Assembly (NCBI GenBank): GCA_050633305.1
Contig: JBOEGF010000014.1
Location: 271,042 to 331,433 of the forward strand
Length of the DNA: 60,392 bases
Source: Nannocystales bacterium
GTDB lineage: Bacteria; Myxococcota_A; Polyangia; Nannocystales; Nannocystaceae
Reading direction: 5' to 3'
Positions 38,698 to 47,267 of this stretch are shown piece by piece (within the stretch, counting starts at the first letter, position 1; the number at the start of each line of letters is the position of its first letter). The notes under the pieces are model-generated. The model was not told the DNA's origin. It made no database searches and worked only from the letters and a program-made list of their open reading frames with translations. A program made the position numbers and the translations under genes.

Positions 38698-39363
38698 TCA
38701 ACACTCGAAGTCGAGGTCGAGAATCTCCCCCCGCCAGTACTCGAAGTCCCCCTCGGGGGACCTCCACGCCACGTGCCCGCTCGACGGTGCACGGATCGCC
38801 CCGAACTCTCGATACTCACCGAACTCTCCTCCCCATGGTTCCGAAGTCTCGTCTCGACACCGCGCGTCCGTGTGGGCCCGGACGATGTCCCCAGCGTCGT
38901 CGAACACCAGGTCCATCGAGGTTGCTTCGTCGAATACCCAGACCCGGACGGTACGCGCGTCGAGCTGACGGAAGCGAAGCTCGGGGTTCTCCCACAACGC
39001 CAGCGGGCACCAGGGGAGTTCGGCGAGGTAGCGCTGCGCTTCGCCGCGATCGACCTTGGGACCGCGCGCATGGGCGACGGGAACCAGCCCCCACACCTTG
39101 GCGTCGAGCCGACCCTTGCCGTCCTCGAACGCGTCTTCCACCACCGCGGTCACCAGCGGTGCCATCTTGAAACGCGCGTGCCAGACGAAGGCCGTTCTGT
39201 CGCTACGCATGCGTTGCTCCGCCGTGAACGGCATCCACCGCCGCTCGGGGCCCAACCGCATCTCCCCACGCTGGTGAAAGAGCACCGGACAAGCCTTCTC
39301 TGGCGGCTGAACCACGGCACGAAGCACGAAACGGTCGATGAGTTCAGGACGCTCCCGCACCAT
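38698..39363 (-). CDS. DUF6544-like protein
   Basis: QRGEMRLG...WMPFTAEQ...FVWHARF...EAQRYLAELPWCP pattern. Confidence 0.75.
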   Translation of the reverse strand: MVRERPELIDRFVLRAVVQPPEKACPVLFHQRGEMRLGPERRWMPFTAEQRMRSDRTAFVWHARFKMAPLVTAVVEDAFEDGKGRLDAKVWGLVPVAHARGPKVDRGEAQRYLAELPWCPLALWENPELRFRQLDARTVRVWVFDEATSMDLVFDDAGDIVRAHTDARCRDETSEPWGGEFGEYREFGAIRAPSSGHVAWRSPEGDFEYWRGEILDLDFEC

Positions 39364-39469
39364 TGAGGAGTCGCTCCTCCAACGAAACCACACCACGAAG
39401 GCTTTGCCGGCTCCGCACCGTCACCCCCGCAGAAGTCGCCGCCACCGTCACCGATCCGGCCTATATCGG

Positions 39470-39897
39470 TGCATCGGCCCGCTTCGCGACGAGCAGGAGC
39501 GACGCAGGGCGGAGCTGGCGACCTACGAGAAGCTCCTCAAACGTCTCAAGAAACTGATCGATGCGGGCACGATCAAGATCTCGTTCCGCAAAGGCCGGAT
39601 GATCGTCGAGTTGGAGTCTGCCGCCTTGTTCGATTCCGGCAAGACGGCCCTCGAGGAGGAGGGGCAACGGGCACTCGCCGAGCTGGTCGAAGCGTTCTCT
39701 GCCGTCTCCCACCGCGACTTGATCATCGCTGGCCACACCGACAATGTCCCGATCAAGACGCGGGTAAGGCCCACAACCGCCGCATCGAGATCCAGCTCAT
39801 GCCGAACCTCGCACCGCTCAAGGGCATCGACCAGCATCTGACGGAGCAGTCGAAGCCGAGGAAGAAAAAGAAGGGCAAGAAGAAGAAGTCGAAGTAG
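39470..39897 (+). pseudogene. OmpA/MotB-family remnant with internal deletion and frameshift
   Basis: LFDSGK...AGHTDNVPIKT in one frame jumps at about 39762 to GKAHNRRIEIQLMP in another. The NWELS...RA core and the N-terminus are missing. Confidence 0.8.
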
Positions 39898-40079
39898 CGC
39901 CTGCGCGCACCCTGGCGCAGGAAGCCCTCGACCGGCTCACCGCTGGCTCGAGGAGCGCACAGGCGGCTCGTACGCTGCGCTCGCGCCGAAGCTTCAGCAG
40001 CGCTGGAGCGGCTCGAGCCGTCAGTGGAGCGAGGAAGGGCCTTTTCTGGCCGGCGGAGCGGTGGCATGCTCGGCATCGC

Positions 40080-40463
40080 GTGACTTTTCGACGAGCCGCA
40101 TCCCTCCTGGTGTTGTTGACCCTCGCAACCTGCGACGCCGACTCAGACGACGGCGGCTGTGAGGTGAGCGACGATCCTGCATCGGTGACGATCGACAACC
40201 GGACCGGCGGCACGGTGGAGTCGATCACGGCGACACCGTGCGATGGTGGCCAAGAGGTCGAGCTGCCGTTGCCTGGAGAGAGCTTGGCGTTCTCGGACCA
40301 GGCGACGCTCGAGCTACCGGGGCCAGGATGCTGGTTGCTTCACTGGAACGGCAGCGGGTGCACCAACGACCCTCCACACCGAACGACCAGCGATGTTTGC
40401 GGCGGCGACAGCTACGCGTGGAGTTTGACGGTTGATGACCGCGTGTGCGATGGCGGCTGGTAG
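40080..40463 (+). CDS. Small Cys-rich exported protein, probable lipoprotein
   Basis: Hydrophobic signal ending LATC, with several cysteines. Confidence 0.7.
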   Translation: MTFRRAASLLVLLTLATCDADSDDGGCEVSDDPASVTIDNRTGGTVESITATPCDGGQEVELPLPGESLAFSDQATLELPGPGCWLLHWNGSGCTNDPPHRTTSDVCGGDSYAWSLTVDDRVCDGGW

Positions 40464-40876
40464 CGGCTGAGCGGCTGCGTTGGGTTCCGCTCGTTCTGCG
40501 AAGAACGGCGTGGGTGTTCGCCACGTTCAGGGCAGAGCCGAGAACGGAAGGAGTTGTTCGAGCGCAGGCCCGGGCGGAGGTGGCCGAGCGCCATGACGCT
40601 CGGCGGCGTGCTGGGTTCCGCTTCGACCTTGTCGCACGCCACGAGCAGCAACCCTGTGAGTACCCATCCTGGGAATCGCACGGCCCGAGCATACTCGGTG
40701 CGCATGCGTGAGCGGTTGTCGCTCCTACGCGGCGTTCCGCAGGCCAGTCTTGGGTGCCTTCGTGGGGGGGGCGGTGCCGGAACTGCCACTTCAAGGACCC
40801 CGTGGAGTGCAGTCCTCTCGGGTATGGCCGTGGTGCCGAGGAAGCACGCACTGGTCGGGGCGCCCGACCCAGTCCG

Positions 40877-41488
40877 TCAGGAGCCAACCTGAGCACGGGC
40901 GGCCTCGACCTCGTGCCCGATACGACAGCCGGGGAAGAAGAAGGAGGCGATCGTGTAGCGCAGCGTGGGGGCGTCAGGATGTGGTGCGCCTCCGCGGTGG
41001 GCGATGTTGGAATGAAACATGGCGAGGCGTCCGGGCTTGGGGATCACGCCGGCCACGACCTCTCCCGCGCTGTCGTAGAAGAGCGTCTCTCCGCCCCAGT
41101 CGCGCCTCCACGCAACGTTCCCGTAGTACAGGAAGCTGACGGCTTGGGGCGCCTGGCTGTCTTGGTGGGGCAGCAATGCGGTGCGACTGTCGACGGCGGC
41201 TGCGTAGACGTGACTCAGCCCAACCGTTGGGTCGCTGACGCCGAAGCGCTTGCTTTGGCTGTCGAGCAGGGCCTCGAGGACCGGGTAGAGGAACGGGGCC
41301 CGCTTGAATGGCTCGTTGGCGATGTTGCAGTTGAGTTCGTTGTCGAACGAGTCACGACGCTCGTAGTTCAACTGGGCGATGATCGTGGAGAAGTTCGCGA
41401 CTTCTTGGGGGTCGAAGAGATCATCGAAGACGAGGAGGCTGCGGTCGGACTCTACGGTGAACTGGCGGGTGGGAACTGTGGGTTTCAT
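40877..41488 (-). CDS. 2OG-Fe(II) oxygenase (prolyl-hydroxylase-like), putative RiPP tailoring enzyme
   Basis: PHQD (HxD), WGGETLFY, PKPGRLAMFHSNIAH and RYTIA. ATGA-coupled to the upstream MFP gene. Confidence 0.9.
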   Translation of the reverse strand: MKPTVPTRQFTVESDRSLLVFDDLFDPQEVANFSTIIAQLNYERRDSFDNELNCNIANEPFKRAPFLYPVLEALLDSQSKRFGVSDPTVGLSHVYAAAVDSRTALLPHQDSQAPQAVSFLYYGNVAWRRDWGGETLFYDSAGEVVAGVIPKPGRLAMFHSNIAHRGGAPHPDAPTLRYTIASFFFPGCRIGHEVEAARAQVGS

Positions 41489-42399
41489 GGCGCGTCACTT
41501 CCTTGCTTGCCGGCATTCGGAACGATCCAAAGCGCACTGCCGATCGCGCTCTGGGTCTGGGCGACTCCGGCTTCCGCGAAGTACAGTCCAGTGATCGGGT
41601 CGGGCCTGGGCGCAAGCCACACGACAGACCCTGCTTGGTCTTGGCGAACTCGATTGACGCCCCAGCGAATCGGGCTGCCGACCTCGTACTGCGGTTTATC
41701 GCCCGGAGCGACCGCGAAACGGAGCCTCCGTGCATCCTTGGACTCGACACGAACGAGCGGCTGTCCTCGAGAGACCCACGCACCAGGATCCACTTCGATG
41801 GAGGCGACGATACCGGCGAACGGGGCGTTGCCATCGCCATCCGCAATGCTCTGCTCGAGGGATGACAGCCCCACCTCCAGCGTGTGGCGCTGGGCCTTGA
41901 TGACACGAGACTGGCCGGCTTCGATCGCCGCGTCGAACCTCGCATTGCGCACCAGCTCACCGGCAACATGCTCGGAGACCTGCGACAGATCGGCTGCGGT
42001 GCGGTCGAGCTTCTCTTGGCGGGTGGTCGCGGCAGCGACTTGCTTGGCCGAGACCGTGAGCTCGGCCCGGGCCTGCGTACGACGGGCGTCGTCGTCGGGC
42101 ATGACGATTGAGAACAGGGGAGCCTCGCCTCGAATCTCATCACCCACTTCCACCTGGAACGACACGAATCCCGAGCGGCGCGCGGGGATGGTCAGGCTTC
42201 GCGAGGGCACGAGCACCGCAGGCCGGACGTCGGACCTTGCGGCCACCGGGGCCAAGTTCACGCTGCCTGTCGAGGGCTCCTCGTCGAGGCGTGCCTCCCC
42301 GGTGGGCTCGGGCTGTCGTTGCGAGGAAGGCCGCTGGGGCGTGCAAGCGGCCAAGGAGAGCTGCAGCACAAGAAACGACCCCCGAAGCGACCTCAGCAC
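41485..42399 (-). CDS. Efflux membrane-fusion protein/periplasmic adaptor lipoprotein
   Basis: Lipobox LAAC, lipoyl half-motifs IPARRSGFV...VEVGDEI and APFAGIVASIEVDPGAWV, and a helical hairpin. Confidence 0.85.
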   Translation of the reverse strand: MLRSLRGSFLVLQLSLAACTPQRPSSQRQPEPTGEARLDEEPSTGSVNLAPVAARSDVRPAVLVPSRSLTIPARRSGFVSFQVEVGDEIRGEAPLFSIVMPDDDARRTQARAELTVSAKQVAAATTRQEKLDRTAADLSQVSEHVAGELVRNARFDAAIEAGQSRVIKAQRHTLEVGLSSLEQSIADGDGNAPFAGIVASIEVDPGAWVSRGQPLVRVESKDARRLRFAVAPGDKPQYEVGSPIRWGVNRVRQDQAGSVVWLAPRPDPITGLYFAEAGVAQTQSAIGSALWIVPNAGKQGSDAP

Positions 42400-44609
42400 G
42401 CGAGTTGTTTCCCTTCATCGTTGGCGACCTGCGAGGCAACCAATCGCGCATAACGTCCGTCGAGCGCCATAAGCTCGTCATGGCTGCCCTGCTCGACGAC
42501 CTGGCCGCGATCCATCACGACGATGATGTCGGCGTCGCGAATGGTGGACAGGCGGTGGGCGATCACCAGCTTGGTCGCGCCATTCTCTCGGAGACGCTGA
42601 TGGACCAGCCCTTCGGTTTGCGCGTCGAGGGCTGACGTCGCCTCGTCCATGACGATGATGTTCGGCTCGCTGACGAGTGCTCGGGCGAGCGCGAGCCGCT
42701 GGCGTTCTCCCCCGGACAGTGATGTTCCCCCCTCGGCAATCGGCGTGTCGTAGCCGTTGGGCTCCTCGAGAATCCGCTCGTGGATCATCGCCGTACGGGT
42801 CGCCCGGATGATCTGCTCGTCGTCGACGTCCGCGCCGAACGCGATGTTCGCTCGGAAGGAGGCCGACAGCAGTTGTATCTCCTGCGGAACCACACCCAGC
42901 TTGGCCCGATACTCCAGCCGGTCGGCGTCGTGCAGTGAGACTCCGTCAACGGTGACCTCACCGCGCGTGGGGGAATGCATCGCGAGGAGAAGCTTTGCGA
43001 CCGTGCTCTTTCCGGACCCCGTTGGCCCCACGATGGCGACCGTCTCGCCAGGGCCAATGCGTAGGTTGAAGTCACGAAGGATCGGCCGAGCCTCGTTGTA
43101 GGCGAAGTCGACATTGCGAAACTCGATGGCGCCCGCAGAGTCGATCACAGGGGGCTGTACCCCGGCTTTCGGGAGCTCGCTTTCTTCGACCAGGACGTCG
43201 TTGACGCGAACGGCGACGCTTTTTGCTGCGGCGAGGCGTTCGAACGCCCCGATCACCGAACTCATCGGCGCCATGAAGGCCGGCGCCAACGCGATGGAAG
43301 CGAACATGCCGCCCAGCGTCATCTGCCCGCTGACGACCTGCGTTCCGGCGAAGCCGATGACCACGGCGGGGACGAGCATGGCGACGCTCGGGCTGACAGC
43401 ATCGAGCACCGCCTCGAAGTTCCCTTGGCGGCGCTCGACGGTCAGCACGTCGACGAACGGCGCCGACCAACGTTGAAGCATCGCTTGTTCTCGACCCATC
43501 GCCTTGATGCTTTGCACGTTGTTGATGAGCTCGAGCTGACGCGTCTGGCAGATTGCGTCCGCCGTGAGGTACTCGGTCATGAGGCGCTCTCGGGTTCGGC
43601 GGGTCAGCCTCGTGAAGCCGGCATGCACGACCGCGATGATGAGCACGACCGACGCGAGCGACGGACTCATCCACACCAACGCAACGAAGAACACCACGGC
43701 CGCACCCGCATCGAGGGCAGTGGACAGCGCAAGGCCGGAGATCGCTTCGCGAATCCGTCCCTGGCTGTTGACTCGCTGGAGCACGTCTCCCGAGGACATC
43801 GAGAGATGGAAGTCGTACGGCAGATGCATCAAGTGAAAGAGGAACCGAGACCGCATCGTCGACTCCAATTGCACGTCGAGAGCAGTCAGGATTCGGCCGC
43901 GTACGATCGACCCCCAGAGCTTGGCCACCGCAGCAACGACGATTCCCGAGGCGACGATCCATAGCTGAGAGATGTCCCCCCAGGGGATCACATCTTCGAC
44001 GGTGACGGCGATGGCAATGGGGACGCTCAGGCCAAGAGCCTGCAGGACCACTGAACACAGAACCGCAGCGACCAACTCCTTGCGCCGTTCGAGGATCAGT
44101 CGCATGTGTGGCGCCAGCGGGGCTTCCTGGGCCTCGAGTGCCCTAAACTCCGGCAGGCGCTCGAAGGTCATGGCGATGCCCGTGAAGTGATCGGAGATCT
44201 GCTCGAGTGACATCTCGAACAGCGCCCCCGCGGGGTCCAGGACCTCATAACGTTCCCCCCGCTTTCGACCGAGGACGACGAAGTGGTCCATGTTCCAGTG
44301 CAGGATCGTCGCAGGCCCCAGGTCGCCGAGGCCCTCGACATCGACCTGGTAGGCACGGGCATGCAAGCCGTGTTTCGTGGCTGCCTTCGCGAGTTGTGCG
44401 AGTGTCACACCTGAGCCCATCGCGCCCACATCACGACGCAGGTCACGAAGCGGAACGTGTCGGCCGTGGTAGCGCAAGACCATCGCGAGGCTGGCCAACC
44501 CGCATTCGACGGCACTGAGTTGGCTGACCAGTTCGAGTCTCTTCCCCTTGGCGAGTGCGTCTGCGAGCCGAGTGGTGATGCGACTGGAAAACTGTGTCGG
44601 GGAGTTCAT
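42393..44609 (-). CDS. Peptidase-containing ABC transporter (PCAT; C39 peptidase + TMD + NBD)
   Basis: QLSAVECGLASLAMV (catalytic Cys), HWNMDHFVVL (His), VLDPA, GPTGSGKST, LSGGERQR, DEATSALD, IAHRLST. Confidence 0.96.
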   Translation of the reverse strand: MNSPTQFSSRITTRLADALAKGKRLELVSQLSAVECGLASLAMVLRYHGRHVPLRDLRRDVGAMGSGVTLAQLAKAATKHGLHARAYQVDVEGLGDLGPATILHWNMDHFVVLGRKRGERYEVLDPAGALFEMSLEQISDHFTGIAMTFERLPEFRALEAQEAPLAPHMRLILERRKELVAAVLCSVVLQALGLSVPIAIAVTVEDVIPWGDISQLWIVASGIVVAAVAKLWGSIVRGRILTALDVQLESTMRSRFLFHLMHLPYDFHLSMSSGDVLQRVNSQGRIREAISGLALSTALDAGAAVVFFVALVWMSPSLASVVLIIAVVHAGFTRLTRRTRERLMTEYLTADAICQTRQLELINNVQSIKAMGREQAMLQRWSAPFVDVLTVERRQGNFEAVLDAVSPSVAMLVPAVVIGFAGTQVVSGQMTLGGMFASIALAPAFMAPMSSVIGAFERLAAAKSVAVRVNDVLVEESELPKAGVQPPVIDSAGAIEFRNVDFAYNEARPILRDFNLRIGPGETVAIVGPTGSGKSTVAKLLLAMHSPTRGEVTVDGVSLHDADRLEYRAKLGVVPQEIQLLSASFRANIAFGADVDDEQIIRATRTAMIHERILEEPNGYDTPIAEGGTSLSGGERQRLALARALVSEPNIIVMDEATSALDAQTEGLVHQRLRENGATKLVIAHRLSTIRDADIIVVMDRGQVVEQGSHDELMALDGRYARLVASQVANDEGKQLAC

Positions 44610-44655
44610 GGCAGGGCCCTAGTCCGGGAGAGAGGGGCGAGAGGAGCGGTATGGG

Positions 44656-45621
44656 TCATGCGTCGGCTCGGAGCAGACCAAGCCCCTCGAGGACGCGTAA
44701 GAACAAAGAGCGGCGGCGAACGACAAGTTCGGCACGGCCGGCCAGGCCATCCACCAACACATCGCCTCCCCCGTGCCCAGCAGGCACAGCACTTGTTGGG
44801 GACCCAGATGCAGGTGCGCGACGGTCAGGGGCGAACTTGGCGCGTATGGCTACGACCGTTCTCGGCTGTGTGTCGGTGTTCCCGCCGTTTGGCTGGCTCA
44901 GCGCGCTGCGACGGGTCGGGGATGCCGGAGCCAGCGCTTCGTGGTCAACCTCGGTCACCGTGAACCAGAACGCCTCTCGCTTGCCGTCGTCGAACTCGAC
45001 CCGCAGCGCATCGCCGGTCTCGATCCTGGGCGCGAGATGACCGGGAAAGTAGGCGATCGCTTCCGGAGCACTTCCGGGACGCTGGATCGAAGCGAGAATG
45101 TCCCCCTTACCGACGACGCTACCCTCTTCGACGCGGATCGCGGTCACGGTCCCTGTGTCCGGACTGGTGATGGTGAGCTGGTCCATCCGTGCTTCTGTGA
45201 GGGAGAGCGCCTGGTCCAGATCCCGAAGTCTCCGCTTCACCTCCACATCACGTGGTGTTCGAAGCATGGCGAACATCGCTTCGTCGCGGGCGCGTCGTGC
45301 CATCTCCAGCTCTCGCCCAAGTGCCTCATCGTGCAGCCTCATGAGGGGGACCCCTGCCTGCACGTGCTGGCCTGCCTCGACCGCGACGTCTGCCACGACC
45401 GAAGGAGCCGGAGCGCGAGCGAACTGGGTGCCCGGAATCCGAATGACGACGCGGCCCTGTGCAACGTTGTTGCTCGTCAAGAGCGCGGAGAGCAGCAGTG
45501 CTGCAACGAGGGCCACGCTGAACAACACAGGGAGTCGAAGCAACCTGGGGGCGGCCAGGGAGCGGTGACGGGCAACGCCGTCGTTTCGCACACGCGACAC
45601 GCATGCTTCCCGAAACTCCAT
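44656..45621 (-). CDS. HlyD-family secretion adaptor
   Basis: N-terminal TM, ARAPAPSVVADVAVEAGQHV and ITSPDTGTVTAIRVEEGSVV. Directly upstream of the PCAT. Confidence 0.88.
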   Translation of the reverse strand: MEFREACVSRVRNDGVARHRSLAAPRLLRLPVLFSVALVAALLLSALLTSNNVAQGRVVIRIPGTQFARAPAPSVVADVAVEAGQHVQAGVPLMRLHDEALGRELEMARRARDEAMFAMLRTPRDVEVKRRLRDLDQALSLTEARMDQLTITSPDTGTVTAIRVEEGSVVGKGDILASIQRPGSAPEAIAYFPGHLAPRIETGDALRVEFDDGKREAFWFTVTEVDHEALAPASPTRRSALSQPNGGNTDTQPRTVVAIRAKFAPDRRAPASGSPTSAVPAGHGGGDVLVDGLAGRAELVVRRRSLFLRVLEGLGLLRADA

Positions 45622-45791
45622 ACGCGAATCCTTTGGAACAACCAGAGCGAATCTGACGCGCGATGTTTTTCAGAGTGTTTTTGTGCAGCGGCGTCAGATA
45701 CCCGCCGCTGATCCCAATGTATCCGTGCTCGGGCGTCACGGACGACTTCACCGTCGCACGCAGGCGTCCGAACCCGATAGGACGAAATCAC

Positions 45792-45980
45792 ATGAGCAAC
45801 AGCAAAAAAGAACTCACCCTTGAAGACTTGCAAGACGTTCGCGGCGCCGCCGAAGCCGCGGGGACCAAGTGCCACACCTCTCGTACGGAGGATGGCTGCA
45901 CGAAAGCGGGCGCGGTTCGTACCGAGAGCTGTGGGTGCGAGGCGGCTGTCGCCCCCGCAGCCCCGATGCCCGCGGGCTGA
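45792..45980 (+). CDS. RiPP/bacteriocin precursor peptide with double-glycine-type leader (62 aa)
   Basis: AGGA RBS. Leader MSNSKKELTLEDLQDVRGA, then core AEAAGTKCHTSRTEDGCTKAGAVRTESCGCEAAVAPAAPMPAG. Divergent from the HlyD/PCAT operon. Confidence 0.88.
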   Translation: MSNSKKELTLEDLQDVRGAAEAAGTKCHTSRTEDGCTKAGAVRTESCGCEAAVAPAAPMPAG

Positions 45981-45996
45981 TTCGGTAGAGCTGATC

Positions 45997-46026
45997 GCGC
46001 AGGAAGTGGGCGCCCACTTCCTGCGC
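45997..46026 (+). promoter_or_regulatory. Strong stem-loop after the precursor gene
   Basis: Perfect 30-bp palindrome GCGCAGGAAGTGGGC-GCCCACTTCCTGCGC with no long U tail. Confidence 0.75.
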
Positions 46027-46073
46027 TTCGACTATCCCCAAAGAGTTTCCACCCCATTCAGGTCCCTGACGCG

Positions 46074-47264
46074 ATGTCCCCCAACCCAACTGCCCGCCAA
46101 TCGCTCATGCGCCACACGCCCATCGAGCATTCTCTGAAGGACGAGAGCATTGGGGTCGAGCGCCGCCCGTTCGATGCTCGCTGGATCTACTCCGACCTCA
46201 CCAAGACGTCGAACGCGGGGTTCAACCCATTCGTCGGCAAGGTATTCGTTCCAAGCGGGTCGATGTTTGCCGCGTGGTTCGACGATCCGGAAGCCGATTT
46301 CCGCGCGTTGAATGAGAGCGATACGCTTCTCTACGAACTCTATTTCTTCGTGCACGACTACCTGCACACCTGGGCGACACGGCAGATCCAGTCTCTGCTG
46401 CCCCTGCGGGGGTTTGGCCGTAGTCGGGTCGACGAGGGAAACCTCGAAGACTACGCGTTCTTCATGTTGATCACCGAGGCGTGTGCGACCGTTGGCGGGG
46501 ACTACTGGTGGCTGTCTTGCACCGACCTCCCCGGTGAGTTGAACATCGGATCCAGGTTCCGCAACTTGACGGTGTCCTACCGCGAGGAGGATGAACCCGA
46601 GTTTCGCCGCTTCAATCGCGAGTTCTCGGCCCAGACGCCAGCGTTCTTCGGGCAGATCGCGAACTTCTACAACACCGGTCGTTTCCCCGGGTTCGATGCA
46701 AACGATGTCCGGCGCAGCCCCATCTTGTTGAACTGGTTGCGTCACGAGACGACCTACGGCGAGCTCCAGCGCCGCTACTCTCGCGCCTGGCTTCGGCACC
46801 TGGGCGGCCTTCCGTTGGTCTCCAACGCTGAGCTGGACGCGCCCGTCGCCTGCGACGAGCCCTGGCAGCAGAGTCTGATTCGCGACATCGGTGAGCGTCT
46901 GTGGGCGAAGGTCAAGGGGGGCGAGATGTTGGCTCAGCCCGCTCAGATCCCCGCCGAGGAAACGTGGCGTGCGCCCAACGTTGGCCCGATCGACTTCCGC
47001 TTCACGAACCTTGCGAGTTTTGACGATCCCGATGGTGAGCTCGAGCGCAGGGGGATGGTCGACGACTCGCGCGGACATTGGGTCAACCAGCGCCTACGCC
47101 TGCTCGATTTTCCCGCGGATGACCCCGCGTTCCGTCAGATGATTCCCGCGTTACGGGCGACGGTGGAGCGGGATGGTGGGGCACTGTTTCGATGGGCGCT
47201 CTCCCAGAAAGCGCCGGAGGTCCGAGGGACCGAGGAGCTTCGCGACATCTTCAATCTTTGCTAG
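46074..47264 (+). CDS. Uncharacterised protein with zincin-like HDxxH...E motif, putative RiPP maturase
   Basis: 396-aa ORF directly after the precursor. FVHDYLHTW followed about 35 residues later by ITEACA. Confidence 0.75.
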   Translation: MSPNPTARQSLMRHTPIEHSLKDESIGVERRPFDARWIYSDLTKTSNAGFNPFVGKVFVPSGSMFAAWFDDPEADFRALNESDTLLYELYFFVHDYLHTWATRQIQSLLPLRGFGRSRVDEGNLEDYAFFMLITEACATVGGDYWWLSCTDLPGELNIGSRFRNLTVSYREEDEPEFRRFNREFSAQTPAFFGQIANFYNTGRFPGFDANDVRRSPILLNWLRHETTYGELQRRYSRAWLRHLGGLPLVSNAELDAPVACDEPWQQSLIRDIGERLWAKVKGGEMLAQPAQIPAEETWRAPNVGPIDFRFTNLASFDDPDGELERRGMVDDSRGHWVNQRLRLLDFPADDPAFRQMIPALRATVERDGGALFRWALSQKAPEVRGTEELRDIFNLC

Positions 47265-47267
47265 GCT

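Noticed and set aside
40412..40789. Minus-strand ORF with a lipobox-like LLLVAC
   Set aside because: The signal-like start is followed by sequence with no protein-like character and overlaps the convergent gene. At most a fragment.
40754..42472. 572-aa plus-strand ORF (similar long ORFs at 23305-24717, 30620-31990, 53853-55178 and 58326-60044)
   Set aside because: Each lies antisense to a gene with clear family motifs. Long shadow ORFs are expected at this GC content.
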